The translations under genes were made by a program, and so were the position numbers. A stretch of 64,000 nt of DNA from Heterodontus francisci. Lineage: Eukaryota. The stretch is from contig NC_090382.1 in assembly GCF_036365525.1 (NCBI RefSeq), forward strand, positions 80,491,223 through 80,555,222, given 5' to 3'. Below, one piece after another: positions 13,550 through 24,109 of the stretch. The notes beneath the pieces are model-generated. The model searched no databases. It was not told the DNA's origin and saw nothing but the letters and a program-made list of their open reading frames with translations. The first letter of the stretch is position 1. Each line of letters opens with the position of its first letter.

Positions 13550-13677
13550 TCTGATGAAATGTTATTGTTCTGAAACGTTAACTCTGTTTCTCTCTCCTTA
13601 GCAGATGCCTGACCTGCTGAATATTTCCACTAATTTCTGTTTATATTTCAGATTTCCAGCATCCACTGTATGCTGCC
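13550..13677 (+). mobile_element. Penelope 3' UTR fragment
   Basis: CTGATGA...GAAACGTTAACTC...gatttccagcatc, homologous to the other copies. Confidence 0.65.
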
Positions 13678-13684
13678 TAAAGAA

Positions 13685-13860
13685 ATATAGGCCTGGACAC
13701 CAGGACACCTTCCTGCTCTTCTTCACATCACTCCATGAAACCTTTATAAATGCACATGGGCAGGCTGATACAACTTCAGTTGAACATCTCAACCAAAAGA
13801 TGGCACCTCCCTCAGTACGGTCCAAAAGTGTCAGCCAAAATTATATAATCAAGTCCCATG
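13685..13860 (-). mobile_element. Deu-domain SINE fragment
   Basis: Reverse-complement similarity to 28120-28260. Confidence 0.45.
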
Positions 13861-15535
13861 CCATGCTATCCATAGATAATGGAAAAGATTTTGATTTGTA
13901 GGATACTCAGTCTGCTTATGAAAAGGGCCATTTTGTTATGAGTTAAAGTTAGGAGCTAGCCCAAACTATAACTTTATGACTTAACACTTCACTGTGTAGC
14001 ATGTTCGTGCATTATGCTGTCCCACCAAACCACAAAACAATTCTACAGATAGCACAATGTTACGCCCTTTATTTCCAACATGCCTTTGCATCATCCCTAC
14101 ACCTTGACTCTCTTCCAATTGTCCATTTGTTCAAAGCCACAGTGCTGTGTGACATGCCACTTTCAGCCCTTTTTTCAACCACACAGGGAGAGGTAGCCTT
14201 TATCAAATACCACGCTTAGCAACCAGGCTGAGCAGTGACATGGCTCGTGACTCGTATGTCTACTGGATGAAGAAACAGTTCTAGCTATGACTGGAATCTG
14301 CCCCCACAATACTGTGAAACTAAATGTCTTCTAACTATTATTACATCGAGTCATTACAGAATTGGTTTCACAAGAAATTGATTCTAATCTGTTCTGTAAA
14401 TTACCCTGTGATTTTATACAGCACTAGTCTTTATCAATTTTGATTTTTCAGGAACCAGTCAATATTTTTGAGGCAGGAGGTGGGTGAGGGCAACTTTTTT
14501 CCCTTAAGGTTTATGTGGGGAAGCCACTGGAGTTTTTTTTTCTTATTTTTACGTTTTGGGTTTTTTGGTTGGGGGGGAAGGGGCTTTTGCTGTGTTTTTT
14601 TGTCCCTTTGAGGACCTTTCCTTGTGTTGTCTCTCTACCTCCCAGTTTTTTATGTCTTCTTAAGTGAACATTGCTCACTGTTCTCGCCTTTTGTGGTTTC
14701 AATTTAATTGAAGCGTACAGTATTTTCTGCTGCAACCATTTTAGAACTGGCAAGCTGACTGTGTTTCTGGCAATTTCTGCTTTCATTTCAGTTCTCCTGC
14801 ATAGACAGGAGCAGAGGTACAGAAATGCCACTAGCAATGACCCTTCTTTCTAGTTTCTGCCTTTCCAGGTTAGGAAATCCTTGGACTTCCACTTGGTACC
14901 TTCTCATGGTTACAAAGCTGAGATGAAAAGCTTGTCTTGCAGAGAAAATCAAGTAATGCAACATTTGTCACTTATTGTTTCTCCCTCAGCTTCCTTTGTT
15001 GTTTTTAAGTCACTTTTTGTTTCTGTTCTGTTTCACTCTTTCTTTTCTTAAGTATTCCCTAAAGAGTGACAGCATACTGTACAAAAAGGAATGCACAATC
15101 ATCTGCTAGAACTGTTAGAAGTCAGCTGGCAATGTAGATGTTAACAATTTGGAAAACATTAATCCCTTGTTTGTATTTGGAATATGGAATGATGTACAAG
15201 ATTCATGACTAACTTTATTAAAATTACATACTGACTGTGGGGTGAAATTCTCCTTTGTAAGAGAATTTTTCTCCAATTACAAACCACTAACAAAATCCAG
15301 AGACCCTTCCCTCTTCAAGGTTTTTTGAGAATGCAATTTTGTTAACAAGTCAGTAATTGCAGAGGAAAATGGACAATTGCAGTTTTTTGTTGAGAAATTT
15401 CACTTCTTATCATGTCTATCTAAATACATATTATTTTGTAACAGTCCATTGTATTTATTTCATCCACAAGCAATGTCAAACATTCAACATATCCTCATTA
15501 GGGACAGCTTCCCCAAACCGTATAAACACCATAAT

Positions 15536-17931
15536 AAAGGCAAAATACTGCGGATGCTGGAGATCTGAAATAAAAACAAGAAATGCTGGAATAACAGAGA
15601 ATAACCGCTCAGAAGGTCATGGAGCAAAGGCAAACAATATGTTAATGGTACGTTGAAAGACAAAGCAATAGTAAAAATGGGGTGTTAATGGACTGAAAAC
15701 TGAACAGCCACAAACACAAACATGAAAAAAGTGGGTAGGCAAACTGAACAGACAAAGATAAAATAAAATAAACACAAAAAAATAAAAAATAAATAAAAAA
15801 TAACTAAAAGCATAAGTAAAATGGGGGGTCCGTCATGCTCTGAAATTATTGAACTCAATGTTCAGTCCAGCAGGCTGTAGTGTGCCTAATCGGTAAATGA
15901 GATGCCATTCCTCAAGCTTGTGTTGATGATCACTGGAACACTGCAGCAATCCCAGATCAGAGATGAGAGCAGGGGGGAGTGTTGCAATGGCAAGCAACCG
16001 GAAGCTCGGGGTCATGCTTTCGGACTGAGTGGAGGTGTTCCGCAAAGCGGTCAGCCAGTCTGCGTTTGGTCTCCCCAATGTAGAGGAGACCACATTGTGA
16101 GCAACAAATACAGCATACTACATTGAAAGTAGTACAAGTAAATCACTGCTTCACCTGAAAGGAATGTTTGGGGCCTGGGATAATGAAGAGAGAGGAGGTA
16201 AATGGGCAGGTATTACACCTCCTGTGATTGCAGGGGAAGGGGACGAGGTGGTGGGGGTAATGTAAGAGTGGACCAGGGTGTCGCAGAGGAAACGATCCCT
16301 TCGGAATGCTGACAGGGGAAGGGAGGGGAAGATGCGTTTGGTAGTGGCATCACGCTGGAGATGGTGGAAATGGCAGATGACGATCCTTTAGATATGGAGG
16401 CTGATGGGGTGGAAAGTGAGGACAAGGGGAACCCTGTCACGGTTCTGGGAGGGAGGGGAAGGGGCAAGGGTAGAGGTGCGGGAAATGGGCCGGACAGGGT
16501 TGAGGGCCCTGTCAACCACAGTGAGGGGGGGGGAATCCTCGGTTGAGGAAAAAGGAAGACACATCAGAAGCGCTGTCATGGAAGGTAGCACTATCAGAAC
16601 AGATGCATCGGAAACGGAGAAACTGGGAGAATGGAATGGAGTCCTGACATGGGGCAGGGTGTGAAGATGTGTAGTCAAGGTAGCTGTGGGAGTCGGTGGG
16701 CTTATAATAGATATTAGTAGACAGCCTATCCCCAGAGATGGAAACAGAGAAGTCGAGGAAGGGAAGAGAACTGTCGGAGATGGATCATATAAAGGTGAGA
16801 GAAGGGTGGAAATTAGAAGCAAAGTTGATAAAGTTTTCCAATTCGGGGTGGGAGCAGTAAACGGCACTGATACAGTCATCAATGTACTGGAAAAAGAGCT
16901 GGGGGAGGGGGCCTGAGTAGGACTGGAACAAGGAATGTTCGACATGTCCCACAAAAAGACAGGCATAACTAGGACCCATGCGGGTACCCATAGCAACACC
17001 TTTTACTTGAAGGAAGTGAGTGGAGTTGAAGGAGAATTTGTTCAATGTGAGAACAAGTTCAGCCAGGCAGAGGAGGGTGGCGATGGATGGGGACTGGTTG
17101 GACCGCTGTTCAAGGAAGAAGCGGAGAGCCCTCAAACTGTCCTGGTGGGGGATGGAGGTGTAGAGAGATTGGACGTCCATAGTGAAAAGAAGGCGATTGG
17201 GGCCAAGAAACCTGAAATTGTCAAAATGGCATAGGGTGTCAGAACAGTCACGGATCTAGGTAGGAAGAGACTGGACCAGCGGAGAAAAGATAGGGTCAAG
17301 ATAGGAAGAAATAAGTTCAGTGGGGCAGGAGCAGGCTGACAAAATGGGTCTGCCGGGACAGTCCTTTTTGTGGATTTTGGGAAGGAGGGAGAAACGGGCT
17401 GTTCGGGGTTGCGGGACTGTGAGGTTGGAAGCTGTAGAGGGAAGATCTCCAGAGAAGATGAGGTCAGTGACAGTCCTGTGGACAGTCACTTGATATACGG
17501 TGGTGGGGTCACGGTCCAGGGGGAGGTAGGAAGAAGTGTCAAAGTTGGCGCTGAGCCTCTACAAGGTAGAGGTCGGTACGCCAGACAACCACAGCACCAC
17601 CCTTATCTGCAGGTGTGATGACAATGTCGGGATTAGACCTGAGAGGACGGATTATCTTTACTAATGCTTTGTCTTTCAACACACCACTAACATATTGTTT
17701 GCCTTTGCTCCATGACCTTCTGGTCGGTTAATCTCCGTGACCTTGTCCTATCTACACCTTCCTCTTTGTTATCTCTTGCCCCACCCCCGCTTTACTTGCT
17801 TAAAACCTTTCACATTTCTAATATCTGCTAGTTCTGAAGAAGGGTCACTGACCTGAAACATTAACTCTGCTTCACTCTCCACAGCGGCTGCCAGACCTGC
17901 TGAGTATTTCCAGCATTTCTTGTTTTTATTT
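15536..17931 (-). mobile_element. Penelope family A element (RT + GIY-YIG, frameshifted) with an inverted 3' UTR arm at about 17651-17931
   Basis: GVAMGTRMGPSYA, YIDD and GIY-YIG region. Imperfect 17-bp TSD CGTATA(A/C)ACACCAT(A/G)AT at 15519-15535 and 17932-17948. Confidence 0.9.
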
Positions 17932-18249
17932 CGTATACACACCATGATGGGTACTCAACGTTTATGTGTGCTTATGTCTATTATAAGGCTTCTGTGTGGA
18001 CATAGTTCTACCACTTGTACACATACTAGTCCATATACGAAGATACTGAAGAGGTGGACGTGTATTGCAAAACTGCCATTCAATCAATTTCGGGTTCAAA
18101 TATCCTATGGCACAAAAGTGGGTTTGTTAAGTCGTCTGAACCATACACTGTATTACTTTCTAAATTCAACTATTTATTACTCTCATCCATTGCATTATCT
18201 TAATATTTAGCCAGTTGGTACTTTATCCACTGGCATTTTATTTAATTTG

Positions 18250-19080
18250 GTTAGCAGGGCCCTCGACCCAGTTTGCCCCATTCCCTGCACTTCTGTTCTT
18301 GACCCTTCCCCTTGCTTCCAGAATTATATATTCCCTTGTCTTCACCTTCCATCCCAACCGCCTCCACATTCAACATGCCAGACGAACCAGCAATTTACTT
18401 GTACGTCTTTCAATTTAGTATACTGTATTCGTTGCTCACAATGCAGTTTCCTCTACACTGGGGAGACCAAACGCAGGTTGGGTGATTGCTTTGCAGAACA
18501 CTTCAGCTTAGTCCGCAAGCATAACCCTGATCTTCCAATTGCCTGTCATTTTAATTCCCCGTCTCACTCCCACTCTGACCTTTCTGTCCTTGACCTGCTA
18601 CACTGTTCTAATGGAACTCAACAGAGCTCGAGGAATAGAATATAATCTTTTGATTAAGCACTTTACAGCCTTCCAAAGACTGAGTTCAACAATTTCTGAT
18701 CACAACCATTGCTCCCTTTTTTGGACAGCCGCTGTTGGCAATGATTATGCCATTCACAGCTCCGCTAGACCAACCTTTTGTGTCTTTACTTGTCCCATAC
18801 CACCGCCTTTGCCTTGCACTATCATTTCTTTGTCATTTAGTCTCTCTTGCCTTTCACCCTCTCAGACCTTCTGTTTTGTTCTTTCCTCCCCCTCTCCTTT
18901 CTTTGCATCTGTACTTGCTTAAAATTCGTTACATTCCTAACTTTTTCCACTTCTGATAATAGATCATTTACCTGAAACGTCAACTTCCCTTCTCTCTCCA
19001 CAGATGCTGCGTGACTTAGAGTATTTCCAGCATTTTCTGTTTTTATTTCAGAAGTCCAGCATCTACAGTATTTTGCTTTT
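18250..19080 (+). mobile_element. Older Penelope 3' fragment (GIY-YIG plus UTR)
   Basis: FTCTSFNLVYCIRCSQCSFLYTGETKRRLGDCFAEH. Confidence 0.85.
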
Positions 19081-19089
19081 CTCGATTTA

Positions 19090-19754
19090 ATCGACTGGTA
19101 CCGAATCATCCACTGGAACACTCTTTCTTTAACCAAGTAGTACTATGTCATCTATGGCGTCTCTCTCTATTTAACTGGCTGGTACACTGTCATCCACTAC
19201 TACAATCTTGAATTGGCTGGTACTATCATTGACTGGCATGCTCTCTATTTAACTGGTTGATACCCTGTCATCCACTGCCATTGTCTAGATACTTAATCAG
19301 TTGGTACTGTGTCACCCACTGGCAGTCTGTTTAATCAGCTGGTACTGTCACCCACTGGCACTCCATTTAATCAGCTGGTACACTGTCACCCACTGGCACT
19401 CCATTTAATCAGCTGGTATACTGTCACCCACTGGCAGTCTGTTTAATCAGTTGGTACAGTCACCCACTGGCAGTCTATTTAATCAGCTGGTACACTGTCA
19501 CCCACTGGCACTCCATTTAGTCAGTTGGTACAGTCACCCACTGGCACTCCATTTAGTCAGTTGGTACACTGTCACCCATTGGCACTCCGTTTAATCAGCT
19601 GGTACACTGTCACCCACTGGCAGTCTGTGTAATCAGCTGCTACACTGTCACCCACTGGCACTCCATTTAATCAGTTGGTACAGTCACCCACTGGCACTCC
19701 ATTTAGTCAGTTGGTACAGTCACCCACTGGCACTCCATTTAGTCAGTTGGTACT
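19090..19754. repeat. 36-38 bp minisatellite at the start of CYP2U1 intron 1
   Basis: Roughly 18 tandem units of CA(CT/)GTCACCCACTGGCACTCCATTTA(A/G)TCAG(C/T)TGGTA. Homogeneous near the exon and degenerate toward 19090. Confidence 0.92.
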
Positions 19755-19759
19755 CTAAC

Positions 19760-20132
19760 CTTTGCGCTGGGTTATGATGGTGATCAGAGGGATGGTGGGT
19801 CTGTCGGAAAACACCTCCGCGTTGTGCTGAAGCGCATCTTTGACCGTTTGGAAGCCATTGAGCACGACCAGGAGCCGGCTGCCCAGGTACAAGCTGCAAA
19901 TGTCGCCATACGCCTTGCCCAGGGCGGTGAGCTGCAGATGCGGCGGGAGCTGGGCCCCGGAGCCCGGCCTCCAGGCCAAGGTGGGCAGCGAACCGATCAG
20001 GGGCCAGCAGGGCGGGCCGGCGGGGATCCGGCCCCGGCTTTTTCGGTTCATGAAGTAGCGGGTCAGGAAGAGAGCAGCGAGCATTATCAGGGTGACCACT
20101 AGGCAGTCACCGGCCTCCCCAGCCGCCTCCAT
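19760..20132 (-). CDS. CYP2U1: Cytochrome P450 2U1-like, coding exon 1
   Basis: ATG at 20132. N-terminal membrane anchor, basic stretch, proline-rich hinge (IPAGPPCWPLIG) and VFSDRP motif. Ends AAAG|GTTAG, phase 1, 373 nt. GC/CpG-rich. Confidence 0.9.
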
Positions 20133-20156
20133 GTCGCCGACGCCTGGCTCCGCTCG

Positions 20157-20187
20157 TGACGTCAGCGCAGGCCGAGGTCAAAGTGCA
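20157..20187. promoter_or_regulatory. CYP2U1 proximal CRE and DR1 nuclear-receptor element at the edge of a CpG island
   Basis: Perfect TGACGTCA at 20157-20164 and AGGTCA-A-AGTGCA at 20175-20187, 25-55 bp upstream of the ATG. Confidence 0.5.
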
Positions 20188-20333
20188 AAGATGCCTTTCC
20201 TCCATCAGGAGACACTGGGGTTATCCCCACAGTATCAACAAACAACAACTAAGTGGGCACAATTGACGAAGAACTAATTTACAAAAAGTAAACCTACCAA
20301 AGTAAAATAACTTGGACTATATGTGGAGTAAAT

Positions 20334-21268
20334 TAAAGCAAAATACTGCAGATGCTGGAAATCTGAAATAAAAACAAGAAATGCTGGAACCACTCAGCAG
20401 GTCTGGCAGCATCTGTGGAAAGAGAAGCAGAGTTAACGTTTCGAGTCAGTGACCCTTCTTCTTCTGAACTGACAAATATTAGAAATGTCAAAGGTTATAA
20501 ACAAGTGAGGTGGGGGTGGGGCAAGAGATAACAAAGGAGGTCGAGATTGGACCAGGCCACATAGCTGACCAAAAGGTCACGGAGCAAAGGCAAACAATAT
20601 GTTAATGGTGTGTTGAAAGACAAAACATTAGCACAGATTAGGTGTTAATACAGTGAATATTGAACAGCAGCAAGTGCAAACCTGAAAAAAAGAGGGTAAG
20701 CAAACTGAACAAACTAAGATGAAATGAAATAAATGCAAAAAAAAGATTGTAAAAAAGAATGTAAAAAAAAAGGAAGAAAAAATAACTAAAAATGAAAGTA
20801 AAATGGGGGGCTGTCATGCTCTGAAATTATTGAACTCAATGTTCAGTCCGGCAGGCTGTGGTGTGCCTAATCGGTAGATGAGATGCTGTTCCTCGAGCTT
20901 GCGTTGATGTTCACTGGAACACTGCAGCAATCCCAGGACAGAGATGTGAGCAAGAGAGCAGGGGTGGGGGAGTGTTGAAATGGCAAGCAACCGGAAGCTC
21001 AGGGTCCTGCTTGCAGACTGAGTGGAGATGTTCTGCAAAGCGGTCACCCAGTCTGCGCTTGGTCTCCCTAATGTAAAGGAGACCACACTGTGAGCAGCGA
21101 ATACAGTATACTACATTGAAAGAAGTACAAGTAAATCGCTGCTTCACCTGAAAGGAGTGTTTGGGGCCTGGGATAGTGAGGAGAGAGGAGGTAAATGGGC
21201 AGGTATTACACCTGCGATTGCAGGGAAAGGTGCCATGGGACGGGGACGAGGTGGTGGGGGTAATGGAG
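20334..21268 (-). mobile_element. Penelope family A 3' fragment just upstream of CYP2U1
   Basis: Closely similar to 60736-61690. GIY-YIG region VYCIRCSQCGLLYIRETKRRL. Confidence 0.9.
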
Positions 21269-22204
21269 TCCTGGTTGCCACACACCAGCAGAGCCTCCTT
21301 ACATTCGAGAGGGCACAGTGAGGAAAGATTGGAGAAACATGAACTCTGCAGCCTAGTGATGTGCATATGATGTATTAAAGTATGCGAAGCTTGAATATCA
21401 CTTTAAGGTTTGTCAGGCTAGTAGAACGAGAGAACAGAAATTTAAATTAGTGTAAAGTAAACTTGAAACAGAACTGGAGAAAAAAATGTTTATTCAAAAA
21501 GGACGAATCTTTGGAATTATCTACTAATGGAATCAAAGACATTAAATTGGTTCAAGATGCATTTAAGCACTAAGCATCATGAGATGCTAGAAAAATCAAA
21601 CAACAGTTTATAATATCAAACCTTATATCTTGAACTCAAATCTGACCAGTTGTTATCCTTTATATAATTGCCTGGATTCTCCTTGCTGAATTCTCCATTT
21701 TTCTGGTGTTATAAAGGCAGTCTTGCAAATAAAATGGACAGAGAGACCTTCCACTGAAACTACTCTCTAAAATTGGCCAGCTCGACTTCCTTCCCATGAT
21801 CCCACTATAGCCATGATCTGCCTGTCTCAATGCATGCAATGAAGATGGGGAGAACATAGCTTAGTTATCCACAGAATTTCCACAATATACCTTGGTGGCC
21901 ACTGACTAAACAGTACATGAAAAAAAATCATAATAGTAGCACAACACTCCGATGGCAATGTGACCATTAAAGGTTCACAGAATAAAAGAAAAAAATAGGT
22001 TTTGGAACTATTAATATTTTCCTTTGATCTGTTTAATGTGCAAGTGTATCTCATTGGGCTATAAGCAATGATTTGTTGGAGATGGTTGTCATCTGGCCTT
22101 TAGGTAGTATGAATATACCCTGCCACTTGTGAGCCCAAGTCTGGACCGTATTCAGATCCTGCTGTAGGTTGCCATGGGGTGTTCCATAATCAGAAGAGTT
22201 GTGA

Positions 22205-22525
22205 ATTTCTCTTTATTTGTTCATGGGATGTGGGTGTCACTAGCTTGGCTAGCATTTATTGCCCATCCTTAATTGCCCTTGAACTGAGTGGCTTGCTAGA
22301 CTATTTCAGAGGGCAGTTTAGAGTCAACCACACATGTAGGCCAGACCAGGTGAGGATGGCAGATTTCCCTCCCTAAAGGACATTAGTGAGCCAGATGAAT
22401 TTTTGCAACAATAAAATTCCAGATTTATTAATTCAAATCTCACCATCTGTCATGGTCTCCAGAGTACTAGTCTGGGCTACTGGATTACTAGGCTAGTGAC
22501 ATCACCACTATGCCACTGCTTCCCC
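22205..22525 (-). mobile_element. SINE-like element made of the 5' head and 3' tail of the 24110-27326 LINE
   Basis: Head homologous to 24110-24432, joined directly to a tail homologous to 27251-27326. Confidence 0.8.
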
Positions 22526-22599
22526 AGAATGGAACTAGATGTCACAGAATTGTCAAAAAAACACAGCCCCATTCCTGACCATGTGACAAAGGGAGGGTC

Positions 22600-22890
22600 A
22601 TGAAGGAAGCAGCTGAAGAACATTAGGCCAAGTTAATGTTGCTGATCGCTGTATAGTGATTCTGGCTGGAAAACATTTGTGTTTGAGAACAGAATCTAGC
22701 TCTCTAGTAATGCCCTCAGTGGTCAAATAGCCTTCTAACATTTCACTGTATGGGCTTACATGCAAAGGATGATGAATGGATTTGCTGCCATTGATCGCAG
22801 AAGCAAGCCCCAGCACGAGAAACAAGGCAAGGAGAGGTGAAAAATTGAAAACAACTGTGCTTCCAATCATCCACGAAATAGTCACTGGTT
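22600..22890 (-). mobile_element. Possible very old L1/Tx1-like RT relic
   Basis: FSPLLALFLVLGLASAINGSKSIH loosely resembles the L1 motif SPLLFALxxEPLAxAIR. Weak. Confidence 0.25.
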
Positions 22891-24109
22891 GAAATGTTTA
22901 CAGTAAGTTACTAGAAGTACAAAAAGTGACTAACCTATTCAGTGGATTTTCCAAAAATACAAGTAATTAAGGAATAGGTTTTGTATATTCAGATCGATAC
23001 AATCAAATATGTGATTACTTTGACAGACATTCTGTATCATTAGAGTGAATGGGGAAAGGTCCATTTACAATTGAATTTTGTTTTTATTGTTGTTCTGAAA
23101 TTAACTGTAGCACTGTTAGGCCAAAGTTCCAAGTAACTGGAACAGTTAATATATCAGATAGTTTTCTCTTTTTTGACAAAGTTATGGAAGAGAACATCTT
23201 TATATGTATAAATAAATAATCAGGTCTTGGAATAGTAAACATTTGTTTTCTGGTTAATCCTGTCCTTGTTGCAACCAAATGATTTTTCTTTTAAACTCTT
23301 TGATGTGTAGCCTTGGCAGTGAATTGCGACTATTGTGTGAAGTGGAAAAATGTCTGAAAGTAGGGACGGTATTTTGAATATATATAATTTTCTCCCTTTG
23401 CATGTTGTGATTATTGCATGTTTTGGCTTTAAATTTCTATTCATAGTAGAGGGAGGAGGAAATTGATGGGTGCAGTCCCAGCACTGATCTAGTCTAGTCC
23501 ATGATGTCGTATGACTCACATTCTTGTCTCAGCAGGAGAAAGGCCACATGTATGATTGTAGACTATATCCTGTATGTTTCCTTCATAAAAAACAGAAGAT
23601 TTGAAACCATCACACCTAGGATAAATGATTAGGTGGGTAAGCTGTTCTAAGAACCTGTTTATTTTGAAAATGAGGAACTCTATTCACATCTATAAAATTA
23701 TTCATAACCTGATTGGCTGCTGACTGTTCAAAACAAAAATGTTCTTACTTAAATTCCAATTAATACCAGCAAATTAGCTCAATTTAAGGCCCCACTTAGG
23801 GGCCATTTTCAGATGCCGACAGCATTTCCCCAGCCATCAGTGCCTCCTCTCACTGGCCCAATGAATGAACTGCAAGTGTGAAAAGGTCACAGGTGCAGCC
23901 AAAACAATTCTTGTGGAGGGATTTCCCCTCCACACTTATGGCCATAACAAATGTGGGCCTTCTTTAATTTTTAATTTTCAACAGGTTTTTGAGAGTGCCT
24001 TCATTCTCATCTTTCTGCCTCAGCAGAGCCCACATCTCCTGGTGGGGCTGCCAACCGTCCAGGGCTGTGGGCCTTTTAATTGGGCCTCCCCGCAAGGAAC
24101 CCACCAGGC

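Noticed and set aside
19090-19754. CRISPR-like array
   Set aside because: Units are contiguous with no unique spacers, there are no cas genes, and the context is a vertebrate intron.
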